A DNA stretch of 63,849 nt, the filler included, from Choristocarpus tenellus KU-1152 (taxonomy: Eukaryota; Protista; Phaeophyceae): the NCBI GenBank assembly GCA_964200185.2. It is 11 parts of 11 records of this genome, joined end to end, with 100 filler letters (N's around TTAATTAATTAA, not from the genome) between each part and the next. Parts side by side here need not be neighbours in the genome. Positions count along the whole stretch, not along the records: positions 8,772 to 25,930 come from CAXNAD020000714.1; positions 26,031 to 29,480 come from CAXNAD020019950.1; positions 29,581 to 32,994 come from CAXNAD020020203.1; positions 33,095 to 35,958 come from CAXNAD020024116.1; positions 36,059 to 38,865 come from CAXNAD020024585.1; 6 more parts are not named here. One strand, given 5' to 3'. The translations under genes were made by a program, and so were the position numbers. The notes beneath the pieces are model-generated. The model ran no database searches. It was not told where the DNA came from and was given only the letters and a program-made list of their open reading frames with translations. Each line of letters begins with the position of its first letter. Position 1 is the first letter of the stretch. Positions 24,919 through 36,700 of this stretch are shown in pieces.

Positions 24919-25930
24919 TTAGTGATTTCTACCTACATGCATTTGAGTTTTCAAGACCGGCCCATGATAATCTGGCACAATCTGGGGGATGATCGTCCCA
25001 AGAATATTGAGGCAGTCTACAATTCTCTCAATATTCCTACTCTTGAGTAAGTCTGATGACTTGAAGAGTCTGTCCTCAGGAAGCCCCAGGACTCTACACG
25101 AACACAGGAAGGCATTCAAGTTTGCTGCCCGTGCCTTGCTATTGGTGTTCAACTCGGCACATAGTTGGAAGCCTGGATGAATCCGGTTCATCAAACATAC
25201 AAGAATATGCCCATCCTCTAGCCATCCAATGAAGTCAGACGGGCAATGTTGCTTTGTAACAGCCTCAATCCAAGTCCTGACTCGTGCTTCTGCCTTCTCC
25301 AGGTTAGGTGGTTGGGGAGGGCACAAAGGTACATGGCAGACAGCACTCAACCAGTTATTGCCACCCATTACCAGCCCTTGCTTAGGACCCTTCTTATCAA
25401 CCAACACACCACAACTCGTCGACCGCCCAAGGTTTCCACCTTGCATGTCACAACTCTGAAACGGCATATGGTTGCTGTAGAAGTCTATCTTTGACTGTTG
25501 CAGTGAGGAGAGTTCTCCATGTTGTGCTGCTGAGAACAGGTTTTTGCGATTCCCCAGCCGGATCTTGTTTTCCCGCTGTGGAGATTGGGTTGGTTCTGAA
25601 GATGTTATGGGTTGGTTAGATAGGTACTTGCGCATTTCCTTTACCTTCTTGCCATACCTTGTCATATTAGTAAATGATGACCTGCGGCTATATCTACTTG
25701 ATCCAACGTGCGGACGTAGGTGTGGACGGGGTGGACTCGAGGAACATGGTCGTTGAGGCTCTCCAGGGCATATTGGAGGACCGTCCACTCCAAGTGCGGG
25801 TACGGGAGTGTCTGATAAGGCTTTGTCAGATGTGGGTATGGGAGTGTCTGATAAGGCTTTGTCAGATGTGGGTATGGGAGTGTCTGATAAGGCTTTGTCA
25901 GATGTGGGTATGGGAGTGTCTGATAAGGCT
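24919..25930 (-). CDS. C-terminal part of a protein with a calponin-type CH domain, preceded by a 12-aa tandem repeat; 5' end truncated at the linker
   Basis: EARVRTWIEAVT..FIGWLEDGHILVCLMNRIHPG..NLNAFLCSCRVLGLPEDRLFKSSDLLKSRNIERIVDCLNILG is a CH domain. The frame stays open from the linker through the TPIPTSDKALSD repeats. Confidence 0.82.
25795..25930. repeat. 36-bp tandem minisatellite (GTGGGTATGGGAGTGTCTGATAAGGCTTTGTCAGAT), at least 3.8 copies
   Basis: Near-identical units running into the linker. Confidence 0.92.
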
Positions 25931-26030
25931 NNNNNNNNNNNNNNNNNNNNNNNNNNNNNNNNNNNNNNNNNNNNTTAATTAATTAANNNNNNNNNNNNNN
26001 NNNNNNNNNNNNNNNNNNNNNNNNNNNNNN

Positions 26031-28350
26031 CGGCCTTGGAGAGTTGGAGGGCAACACTGATTGGACAGGGGATGCTGGTCTGCATGATGCCTTCTACAGT
26101 GACCCTTACACTGATTTCACATGGATGGGCATGCCAAGGGACCAGGGCGGAGGGGGGTCTGAAGAGTATGTGGAGAGGGAGATGGGATTTGATGAGCTCC
26201 AGAATAGGCTCATAGCACACTACAAGTACAAGGAAGAAAACGGGGAGGTTGTTGGATGAGGTCCTGATGCTGGGATCTTGCTTGTCAAACAGTGCTTTGG
26301 ATTTTGCACTATTGACACTTTATTTTATAGTGAATGGTACAATTGGTATTTTACTTTTGTACAGTACATACAAGAAGAGGTAGGAAGACGTAATACAGGA
26401 CAAAGAGTCATTTGTCAGTACAATGTAGAGGGTGATTGAGAGCCAACAGTCAAAAGGAATAATAAATTGTCACTGGTTGTTTGGTGACGATGTACTTAGG
26501 TAAAGATTGTCCTCATGGACAAGAGCAGCTCACTTCGTTCTGCATAATGGATAATATTATACCCTAACCAACCTTCTGAAGAGCGCTGGGATCACCATAG
26601 TTACTTTAACCTTGCTCGAGGTCATGATACAAGGTCAGGGTGGACAGCTTTGTTTGGTTATGCATCAGAAGCTTAAGATAAGAGGACTTTACGAAAAAAT
26701 ATATTCCATAAATAACAAATTACCTCAAATTTAAACAAAGATTTGCCAATGCCGTCCAGCGTGATGATAATACACCTATGTGCATGGCACCGCTGTAAAA
26801 GACTACTGATCACTACGCTGACAGCTGTGTTGTCACAACTGATTCCCCAAGTCTATCCCCCCACTATTGCTGCCTGTCCCCAAACGTCCACAAGTCAACC
26901 AACCCCCCCTTCGCCACTGCTTGTTCCCAAAGTCCCCAAGTCAACCTCCCCTTTGCCACTATCTGGCTCCATATCCCCTGAGACCCCCTTCACCATTGTC
27001 CCACCACTTCCCAACATCACCCCAGCACCACTGATATTCTTGTTCAGCGTCACTGCCATCAGTTCCTCATACCGTCTCCTACAGAACTCTGCCCGAACAG
27101 TATCACCACTCTTCTCAAAAGTCCACCAAGCTTGCTTAGCGGTCTTGAGCATTCTGTCAAATTTGCGCCTATCTTCCATCCTTTTCTTCCTACCTTCCGT
27201 AGCAGTAGCCTTTTCTTCGATGATTTCTATATGTCTCCTCATGTCTCTAGACGCATCATCCAATGTGGATACGAGGGCACTAATAATGTGGTCGTCCATC
27301 CTACTTTTCTCCTTGACTCTGCTTCCAACTTCAAGTCCTCCTCAGCAGCCCTCCGAAACTGCTGTCAACTCCTCGGTCCTGGGTTTGCTGCTAGCCTGAA
27401 CCTCCTCATTACCTCCACACCCTCCAATGAAGAGGACTCCACTGACCCCTCATTGTTGCTGAAGTCAGAGGATCTAGACCCTTCTTGTGGGGGTCCCTCA
27501 CTCATACTCATGTCAAAGTCTTAGAGCATATCATTGGACGGGGGTCCATACACTGCAAACAGGAGAAGATATGGAGGGATCCAACCATCTGGCATTTTTT
27601 TTGGAGGGGGGGGAATAGGGGAAACCTGGGGCAAAGGTCTCCCGCCTGATCCAGGAGAGGGTAGTTTGTTGCTGGGTCTTTCTTGGGTGGCACTGGCAGG
27701 ACTGAAAGTGGGACCTCCTGAATCAAACCCCACCACTTTAGCCTCAGCCGCCGCTGGAGATTCGACTTCGCCCCCCCCCCTCCAACAAGGTCGATGGTAT
27801 TCCCAGTAATCCTCGATTTCTCCTGTTCCTCCCACAACAGGTCGCACAGCTTCTGCAGGCAGTCCGTCTCCTTCTCCCCAGACCGCAACTTTCCTCCAGG
27901 AATAGACTGGGAAGTAAGAAAAGTGTTGGATGTGCGTGTGTTAAGATACTCGCCATTGAGCGTTGTGATTTTGGATTTCAGGTGTGTTACCTACGAAAGT
28001 GAAATGCAATACAGCAGGAGCTCAGGCAACATCTGCTTTAATACTCGCATCAGCCAGAGGGGGATGTGCACGGTGGTGACAATCTTCTGCGCCTTTGTCC
28101 ACCTGGACCATATCGAAGTGTTTGCACTTAAAAAATCTTCGGAATGGTCTTCTTCCCGATTCCCAACGTTGCTGAGATGAGCAATATCCCAGTTGCATTT
28201 ATCCTAGATGACGCCTCCAACATAAAGGTAGATTAATCGAAAGACGATGAACTAGAAGATGACGATCTGGGAGATGATGAATTCGAGGATGATGAACCTG
28301 AGGACGATGACATTCGGTCTCTCTCACTCTCTTCATCCATTTTGTCCATT
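26031..28350. mobile_element. Probable PIF/Harbinger-like element relic: transposase C-terminus on + (26031-26259) and a convergent degenerate second gene on - (~26895-28340)
   Basis: ..GFDELQNRLIAHYKYKEENGEV resembles the Harbinger transposase C-terminal R-x-x-L-x-x-H motif. The broken ORFs on the opposite strand (PPYLLLFAVYGPP; a coiled C-terminus) fit a two-gene organisation. No DDE core is visible. Confidence 0.4.
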
Positions 28351-28829
28351 TTGAACCAGATGTGGTATAGGTAACAACTCTGTAGTGTTAAAGTATCCCC
28401 CAAATCATCAAAGAGGATAAGGGTGATAAATCCAGCGAGATCACTTGGTGTCTGTAGAGTGATTGATTAAAGTTAAGTGGGGCATACAACACCCCAATAA
28501 AATCAGAAATATTTCCTTCTATATGAGGAAAATTCTCATACAACTAGTCACTAGTGAAAGGTTCTGATAGCTCGACCACTAATTGATTGTTCCGTTACTC
28601 CATACATATTTTACCGTAACTGTCCGATAGAGTTGGAAGAGTCTAACCGAACTCCCTCCCTAGCTCAAACAACTCTTGAGAACCTACAAGAAACCAATTA
28701 TGGATCCTAGGAGACTCCTCAGGTCAATCCTGTATGACAAGAAAACAACCAGCTATTAAACTCACTGAAAGGAATTAAATCCAAACAAACGCAATCAACT
28801 TCAGCAAGAAACAAAACAATAAACAAAGT

Positions 28830-29443
28830 ATAAACTTAGCAAAGCCCCCGCATGCCTCCAAAAAGATATTCCTGCTAAAGGCTTGGTCAAGGCATCTGCA
28901 TGTTGTTCATCTGAAGTAACATGGACAATCCTTATTTGTCCATTTGCTACAAAGTGCCTCAGGAAATAATGCCGTACATCAGTGTGCTATTGTCCTGTCC
29001 GAACTCAAAGGGTTGTTAGCCAAGTGGATGGCTCCTGTGTTATCCTAATACGCTACATAAGAGCCAAAGTACCTTAGAGGGTAGAGCAGCATCCATTTGG
29101 GGGCCAAAATCCAATGTTGCAATTTTGATGTAATTTTGGCTATCGTGTTTGTTGGGAAGTGTCAGTATCCTTTTTTCGGACACACCTTTTCATAACGCAT
29201 ACATTTTAACTACTGCGAAATGTTTCGGAGTAGTTAAAATGTCATAAAAATCCCGTGGTAAGCCAAGCCCCAAATGGACAAACAGGGCAAAACTAGTACC
29301 CTCTGAGATACTTTCACTCATAACACGACCCAGTCCTATCAGGTTGCAACAACTCCAACACACCTCGCAAAAACAACAACTCCTTCACACAATCCCCCGT
29401 CACTATGTATTCTGCCTCTGCAGTCGACTGTGCTATGACACGT
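28830..29443 (-). mobile_element. Ty1/Copia RNase H relic interrupted by a MITE
   Basis: VIAQSTAEAEY..VKELLFLRGVL..Y*DNTGAIHLANNPLSSDRT..DVRHYFLR..IVHVTSDEQHADALTKPL. Confidence 0.85.
29061..29319. mobile_element. Family-C MITE, TSD ATAA, inserted in the Copia RNase H
   Basis: GAGCCAAAGTACCTTAGAGGGTA..TACCCTCTGAGATACTTTCACTC flanked by ATAA. Confidence 0.88.
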
Positions 29444-31137
29444 TAGGTCCTGGAAAGCCAAGAAACTGCTGCCCCCCCCCNNNNNNNNNNNNNNNNNNNN
29501 NNNNNNNNNNNNNNNNNNNNNNNNTTAATTAATTAANNNNNNNNNNNNNNNNNNNNNNNNNNNNNNNNNNNNNNNNNNNNCCCCAGATACTTTGGATCTC
29601 TACATGGTTTGTGTTAGCCATGGAGGCATACACACCACACGTCTAGTTCACTTGATCGCAAAAAATTCCATTTTCCATAACTTTTGCCACGATTTAAGCT
29701 TAGGTTTGATCCAGCAGTGATCAGGCATGGCCCCCATATCATCCAATCACCTGAATTATGGTGCTTGTGTTGAAATATTCCACACTGGACCCGCGGCTTT
29801 AGTGCTTTGATGAAAGACGGTGAATAGCTTGGTGTAGATATGCAAAGTTAATATTACAAGGGCTTGTGGTCTCGATTCCGCTCACTGAGTATGTGGGTAA
29901 GACTATAGCCTAGACTACCATTATTATTTCTATAGTGTGGAGTTTGTAATCGTCCACATTAAGTTACTATGAATCACTTATTTACCTGTCGTAAGTATAG
30001 AAAGTGTATCTTGAACTTGAAAAAAAAATCAACCAACACTATGAATCAGTACATGTAATATATCTGTCACTGGCTCTCCATCCTATTATCTAACCCATCG
30101 GTGGTGTCTATGTGTATCAGCAGCACTATCTACAAACAGCTTGTGCTATAATTCAGCCCCTTGACGGCCATCTTCATTGTCACCTGACGCAGCGTGGATG
30201 ACTGAATATCGGATTTGATACTATGTATTGCGACCATCTTGGTCAGTGTGAGCTCTGAAGGCCGCCCACTACGTGCCACCACCCCTAGGTCAAGCGTGTG
30301 GCCACGGGCGAGCTGATAGGAGATGTCCTGAGTCAAAGTATCTTAGTCGATAATGAGATCATACATACGGGACATGGGATGAGGAAAAAGGTGTCAGGAA
30401 GACTCCAGATAACGACACAGAGTCAAATTAAGATGTGTCCCTAGAGTTGCATTTTAAGGATGCTGACAACTATGCCCAAGAAAGGGAAAAAACACGCCTT
30501 TTTGTATTATTACAGAAAGAGCAATTGCTGAATTGATGTGTCACTTTGTGTGTAAAAAGGGGAATGCCATTTTGTGTGCACTATTTTGCACAGAAAAGCA
30601 GTGAACTAGAGTGTTATTGCGAGGGTAGGAATGTGGCTTAAATGAAAATGGGTCCAAACCTGCCTACCCCTCACAATTGGTTGGCTCCTTCTTTATGAAG
30701 AGCAATTCCAGCGCAGCATACACTGTTGCTGAAGTAGGTATTTACACCAGTGGCTAGTTTGTGTCAATGTTAGATGTATGTAGTACCGAGTCAAAGAAAG
30801 CGAGAGGTTCCCCATTGTTGCATTTTAAAGATCTAGGCGAATATGTATAAAATTTGGGTTTATTTACAAAGTGTGTGGGATATTTTCCGAATTATATCGA
30901 ATGTTTCAAACAATAGACAATTAAACCCTTTCAAGTCAAACTTAGCACTTCATCCATAGAAATATGGGTGAATTGCAGAAGATTGAAAACTGCCTTAAAA
31001 TGCAAAACGTCCAAAACTTGGGTATCCTCGTTTACTTTGGCTCATTACTTTTCTACTACAAACAAATGTTATGAGTACCATGTGTCGTTCGTTGCAAGGA
31101 GAAAATTCTGTCAATAAAAATAATAATAAATATTGAT

Positions 31138-31322
31138 GGCTCAAAGTACTGGTGGGGTGGGGGGTGGCTGCTATCTAATTTGGATCTATTTTTCCATGTC
31201 GCAATTTTTGGGTGATTTTGTTGCATTGGTTGGATGGATAACGTAAGTGCACTTTTCCTGGTCAGGACCAAAATGGACACCCTGGTGTAGAGCCCCCCTC
31301 CCCCCTCCAGATACTTCAAGCT
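31138..31322. mobile_element. Family-A MITE, TSD TGAT
   Basis: GGCTCAAAGTACTGG..CCAGATACTTCAAGCT flanked by TGAT. Confidence 0.85.
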
Positions 31323-31977
31323 TGATGGTACCAATATTGTTAATACAAAAATTAGCAGGGATAGTAATTATAACAATATCAAGGATTTGTATATTAGGGT
31401 TAGGGTTAGGGTTTGGGTTAGTAGATTGAAGTGTCAACCTTCAACCTGAGATTTGAAGACTATCACCACAAGGGAGACTACACATCACCGCTACAACCGT
31501 ACAAACCTAGTACCTATTCCTATTTGGTAACATATCTTTACAAACTGGAACTAGCGTGAGTCACCACTTTATTTTTACTGTCTACATCATGATTTGTATT
31601 ACTTTCTCAACAGAATACTCGCTCTATTGTGCATTCTCATGTTTTCTCTACCTTTTTTTGTAGAAAAATGCGCCACACGTACATATTTTCAAGGTTTTAT
31701 GTCCTATCACATTGATACCAGTATTTCCATCACCCAAGTATATATTATCCTGTGCGTTACTATCACTTCTGTCGTATAATGAAAGCGAAGACAGAAAATG
31801 TGTTCAGTTTTTGTAGGACTTGCCAAGAAGTATTCTATCAGAACCAAATATCCCTCGAAAAAAGTCTGGTGATGAAGGGACTCGACCTGGTATATATGCT
31901 GGGTGTACACCCCTGTAAATTTGCAGGGGGGTAGGTAGCCGTATAATATATAGTGTTGAATTTCTCCAATGTGTGGT

Positions 31978-32150
31978 GACCCGAAGTATCTGGGGGGGGG
32001 TCTACACTAGGGTGTCCATTTGGGTCATAAATAGGAAAGGTGCACTTGCATTATCCATCCGACGTATGCAACCAAATCACCAAAAAATGGCGACAAAAAA
32101 AAATTGGCCCCAAATGGACAGCCGCCATCCCCTCTCAGATACCTTGAGCC
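31978..32150. mobile_element. Family-A MITE, TSD TGGT
   Basis: GACCCGAAGTATCTGG..CAGATACCTTGAGCC flanked by TGGT. Confidence 0.85.
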
Positions 32151-32551
32151 TGGTCACTGTCCCAATTATTGACCTATATTTCCTTCCGTTCGGAATTAAA
32201 TATAACAACATATCTTTTGCATACTCCGTTCTTGCCCGGGAAAACGAACCACACGATAAACCCTCTGGATGAAGCTTCGTTCTTATATAGGTTGGAAGTT
32301 ATGCAAAGTTCGAGATGGTGGATTGTTATGACTGTGGAGAATCACCAGTGCAAAGTTGCCCAAGTCACATTTGACGGGGTTGAAAACCTTGTGAAACTGT
32401 CAAAGCTGGTGATTGTGTAGGGATGCCAAGGACGAAGGCCCCCCTTGATTCGAGTAGCTTCACTCATTCTATCGTCGCCCAACCCCCCTAATCCTTCAGC
32501 CCAGAAGGCTGTCCGGGGTCAAGACTCACAAACAACCCGACGAAGAACAGT

Positions 32552-32913
32552 GTGGTGGTGGGATGCCTGGAGACGAGAGGGTGCGATACTCGGATGCCTC
32601 AAGGGACGATAGCAGCCATTGCGGAGGACTTAAGAATTTCCCGAATCACTATATTCCGTCATCTGAAGGAGTATAATGACAGCCAGATTGCACGGGGTAA
32701 ATATATGAGCCTTGTACGACGCTACAAGGGGCGATATGGTTGTCGTACAAGTATCCTCGACGTTTGGGATATCCCATCACACATCCCCTTCTGCAAATTG
32801 TTGACCAAAGCTGAGATCTCCCTTGCCTCGTTGTGGGCCTTGAATAAGGGTGAGAAGGTCAAGAAGTTCAACCGATGGATTAAGTCAGTCCTCTCAGACA
32901 AGCAGAAAGTCAA
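32552..32913 (+). pseudogene. N-terminal fragment of a plant-type mariner (DD39D-like) transposase, cut by a family-A MITE at 32914
   Basis: HTH GTIAAIAEDLRISRITIFR, RRYKGRYGCR, ISLASLWAL..KKFNRWIKSVLSDKQK (compare KGRCGRK..IKP-LT..K). Confidence 0.55.
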
Positions 32914-32994
32914 GGGCCAAAGTATCTGGGGGGGGGGGGGGGGGTGCACTGGGGGGGCCATTCGGGCCCCCCCTTTTGTGCGGGTAATGGGGTG
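32914..32994. mobile_element. Family-A MITE start, truncated
   Basis: GGGCCAAAGTATCTGG followed by poly-G. Confidence 0.7.
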
Positions 32995-33094
32995 NNNNNN
33001 NNNNNNNNNNNNNNNNNNNNNNNNNNNNNNNNNNNNNNTTAATTAATTAANNNNNNNNNNNNNNNNNNNNNNNNNNNNNNNNNNNNNNNNNNNN

Positions 33095-33253
33095 CGAAAT
33101 AGTTTTGAACAAAATATAACCGATTCAAAAGGGGCCCTTAAAAAGTGCCGCAACATTTACAAAAAAAACATATCGACACTTTTCCCGGTCAATTTTGGGT
33201 CAAACCCATCCTCAATAAAAAGTCCATCCTCAATTTTTGAAATCCACTGTTAG
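33095..33253 (-). mobile_element. Family-B repeat terminus
   Basis: Reverse complement of the terminus seen at 4359 and 44682. Confidence 0.6.
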
Positions 33254-34843
33254 TGGTTGGTATCGCAGGGGGGGGAGGTGACTGAAAAATCAGTGCCTAA
33301 AGGGTTCGGACTGGTTGGTCACAAGTGATGGTACAATGGGGAGGAGGGGAATGGGTGGAATGCAAACATAGAATTAATGACATAATAATAATCCAGAATT
33401 CGTGAGCAAAACAAAATGTGTAAGGACAAAATAAAATATAATAGTTTTCATTAGTTTTTCTTGGCACATCTGTAAAATGTTAAGAGAACATAATATAGTA
33501 TAACATAATGTAGTACAATATAATAATAAGGTAGTACCAGTAGCTTCGCCCTCTGTGGCAGTCGTAGTTTTTTTCACCAGAACGCCACAACAGTTATACA
33601 ACAATGTATCATTGAACGAAAGGGTATGGCAAGAGCTTTTGAAGATTTGTATCCGCGAGTGTCCAGGCTTAGGGGAACGGGAGGTATGTCCCAATGAAAG
33701 AATGGAAAAAACACGGGGGAATATCTACTATGGCGCAATTTTGAAGGTCACGACTTCAAAACGGACAATAATGAAGTGGTTGGCTGAACTTGCAAAACCT
33801 GGTCTGGGGTAGGTTGCTGCCCAAGTTTGGTCGGTGTGGTGATACCGAGAAAAAACTCAAGATTTCTGGACATCTTTTTAACGACTTTTGCAGACTTTCT
33901 GTGAGCACACACACGTGTGACTTACACGGCAACATGAACCACGACGATGAGACAAGGAGAGCCACCGAGGCCACTCTGCCCCCTGGATCTACCCTCGGCA
34001 CCTTCTCTGTCGAGAGGCGACGGAAAAGCAAGTATCGTGTGACACTCAGTGCGATGTTAGGTGACAAGAAAGTGTGAGTAGTGTGGTGCAGCAGCATAAT
34101 CAAATCGCGAAATGGATCAAGAGGCCGTGATGCTGACGCTGAGAGAAGATGCATTGAAAGCATTACCACACAAACATTGCTGGATCTTCAACCATATCGG
34201 AGCACTGCTCTGCAGTCTCTGCCACACCTCGGGAAAGCAGGAAGAGAGCGGCGAGCCCATCACCAGGCGATACAGTGACGAAGTCTGTAGGGAAGCCTGG
34301 TCACGGCAGGCAAAGGGAGAACTGGGGTGGCCACCCGAAGGGAAGCTTGGGGAAGAGAGCAGTGTGACATCATACCATCGCGCTCAGAAAACGCCTAAGC
34401 GAAAACCTGGGTTTAGAATATCTAAGTAGTCGACAGTTGCAGCAGGCCCTAGCTGTCTGTAAGCTGTACGAGCCAAAGTGGCTTAAGGAAACGAGAAAGA
34501 AGGTGTTAGGGTTGGGCTACAAGGCTCTGAAGCCCGAAAGAAGGTCGAAAGGGCTCGCAAGGCGGAGGAGAAAGCGTTCATAACAAAGGCAGCTGTGGAG
34601 ACTTTTCGACACCACCAAATTCTTTACTTAGAAGAGGTCGTGAAGCAGGTGGAGGTAGCCATTGACAAGGACGTCATGGAAGAAGAGGAGGTGAGATTGA
34701 GACTATTTGCACACCCAAGGGTTTGGTGTCTCCCACTTCTTGCAAGATACCGTAGATTCACTTTGTTCCTGGACTTGGGGTTGGATGTATAAAGTTGATT
34801 AAGACTTTCTCCCAGCCTGCATTCATTCGAGAAATCAACACAA

Positions 34844-35270
34844 TTGTCGATCAACTCGGGCCTATCCTCCCTCTCCCTCTTGCGCCTTGATAAAATAGCT
34901 CCCGTCCAGCAAACACGGACAACGCCCATTTCCGGCGCTCAACAAGGAAATGTTATAGTTAAGGCTCTAACACTGCGAATCCTGTACGTTTGTATGAACG
35001 ACGGGAAAGACCGTCAAACGGTGCTCGAGATGGCAGGAGGATATGCGATGATCAGCCCTGAAACTGTGAGTAAATGGGAGAGAAATTTCCTAAGGGCCAC
35101 ATCAAGGTGTCAAGGCAAGGGCGCTACAAGAGGTGTTTAGTCCTCGGCCTCGGCGAGGACATCCTTGCCGAGGTCAAAGAGTGGGTGCGTGAACACACAG
35201 GAGGAAAGGGTGGGGAGGCCTTTTTCCAGGCTAATCCTCTACTTTAATCAAGTAATAGTGCATCTGTTGC
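34844..35270 (+). pseudogene. Possible DNA-transposase N-terminal (HTH) relic
   Basis: ISPETVSKWERNFL..EDILAEVKEWVREH, broken by a frameshift; no catalytic core seen. Confidence 0.3.
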
Positions 35271-36058
35271 CACTCTTGGTTCGAACCCCAATATGAGCGC
35301 TCTTTCTTCAAAAAAAGAAAAAAATGGAGAAAAGAACACGAAAGCCCGTACTCTGGAGGGCCGTGTGACAGGCATTACGAATAGCGCAGACAATAAAGCC
35401 TGATGCCAAGCCTACAAGGGGTGATAAACATACCGAGGTGTGTCGGCATGTGGATTGAAATTCTGAAAGTAGGTTGATTGTGATCATGATTGAACTGTCT
35501 TTATGTACTGTCTGCTGATGAGGATCATGATTGAATTTTTGAAATTTTGCGCTCGTTTCTGTAGTACTGTAATGTCTGTACTGTGCACTGTAGTATCACA
35601 GGTGGCCATTTTGCTCGTAGAGGTAACGTCCCACAAGGTGTGTCCCTATATATTAATGAGGATCTCTCTAATGCTCTACGCTCTGCACCTTAAGCCCAGC
35701 AGAAATACGTCTCAGGTTTCCATCAACGCAGCAAGAGCGTGGATCGGTGTGAAAGACAACGATGAAGTGGCCAATGCAATACTATTGGACATGAAAGACT
35801 AGCTGCTCGAGAAATTCTTGTGTCAGTCAGACAATGAAAGTCCGGGTGACGAGGATGACCACAGGTTTATGGGAGGGGGCAGCGCATCGGGGGCCATGAA
35901 GAAAGGAGAAGCCTCTTTGGTGTTCTCGATTCCTCCACCGCCGTACTCTCAAGTAGCTNNNNNNNNNNNNNNNNNNNNNNNNNNNNNNNNNNNNNNNNNN
36001 NNTTAATTAATTAANNNNNNNNNNNNNNNNNNNNNNNNNNNNNNNNNNNNNNNNNNNN

Positions 36059-36111
36059 TGGCAATACGTGTCTTGGGTAGCAACAAAAAAAAACCAGAGT
36101 TAAACTGATAC

Positions 36112-36147
<36 letters not shown>

Positions 36148-36161
36148 AGATACTTTGACCC
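36059..36161. mobile_element. Family-A MITE end, truncated, inserted in the Copia RNase H
   Basis: Poly-C followed by CCAGATACTTTGACCC. Confidence 0.7.
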
Positions 36162-36700
36162 AGGGTAATCCTTATAAAGTGGTTGCATGGACATGTGCAC
36201 TTGCTTGAGGAACGTAACCTCTTTCCCCAACTCACGCAGTTCAGCATACTCAGCATCAGCAGTAGACAGTGTAACCGTTTTCTGCTTTGTCGACCACCAA
36301 TAGACACATCCTCTCCCAAACATCACAACACCTCCTGAAATGGAAATCTACTATCTTTACGGTTAGCGTAATTAGCATCTGTATAGTCCATTGACTGATT
36401 CCTGGGCCCATTCCCATACAATCCAAAGCCACCAAAGGAAATTACATTCTCTTTAGTACCCAACAGGTACCCAATCACTTTCCTAACATTACACCAATCA
36501 GACCAACTTGGATTCTCCATACACGAAGCCAACTCTCTAACTGCAAAAGATACAAGAGGTCTAGTCATGATAGCAGGTCATTGTACACCACCAGTCATAG
36601 ATCTCTTGTCATCTGGAACAGGCCCCTCCTGTTCCACTCTCTTTGTGATGGACGGTAGCTCGTAAATCGTGCCAATATCGTGTCTTTCAGCGCTTGGGGA
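36162..36700 (-). mobile_element. Ty1/Copia RT-RNase H relic
   Basis: MTRPLVSFAVRELA..KVIGYLLGTK..YTDANYA..(frameshift)..VYWWSTKQKTVTLSTADAEY..KEVTFLKQ. Confidence 0.85.

Noticed and set aside
25795-25930. CRISPR-like 36-bp repeat with a hairpin
   Set aside because: There are no unique spacers and no cas genes, the context is eukaryotic, and the repeat is in frame with a protein.
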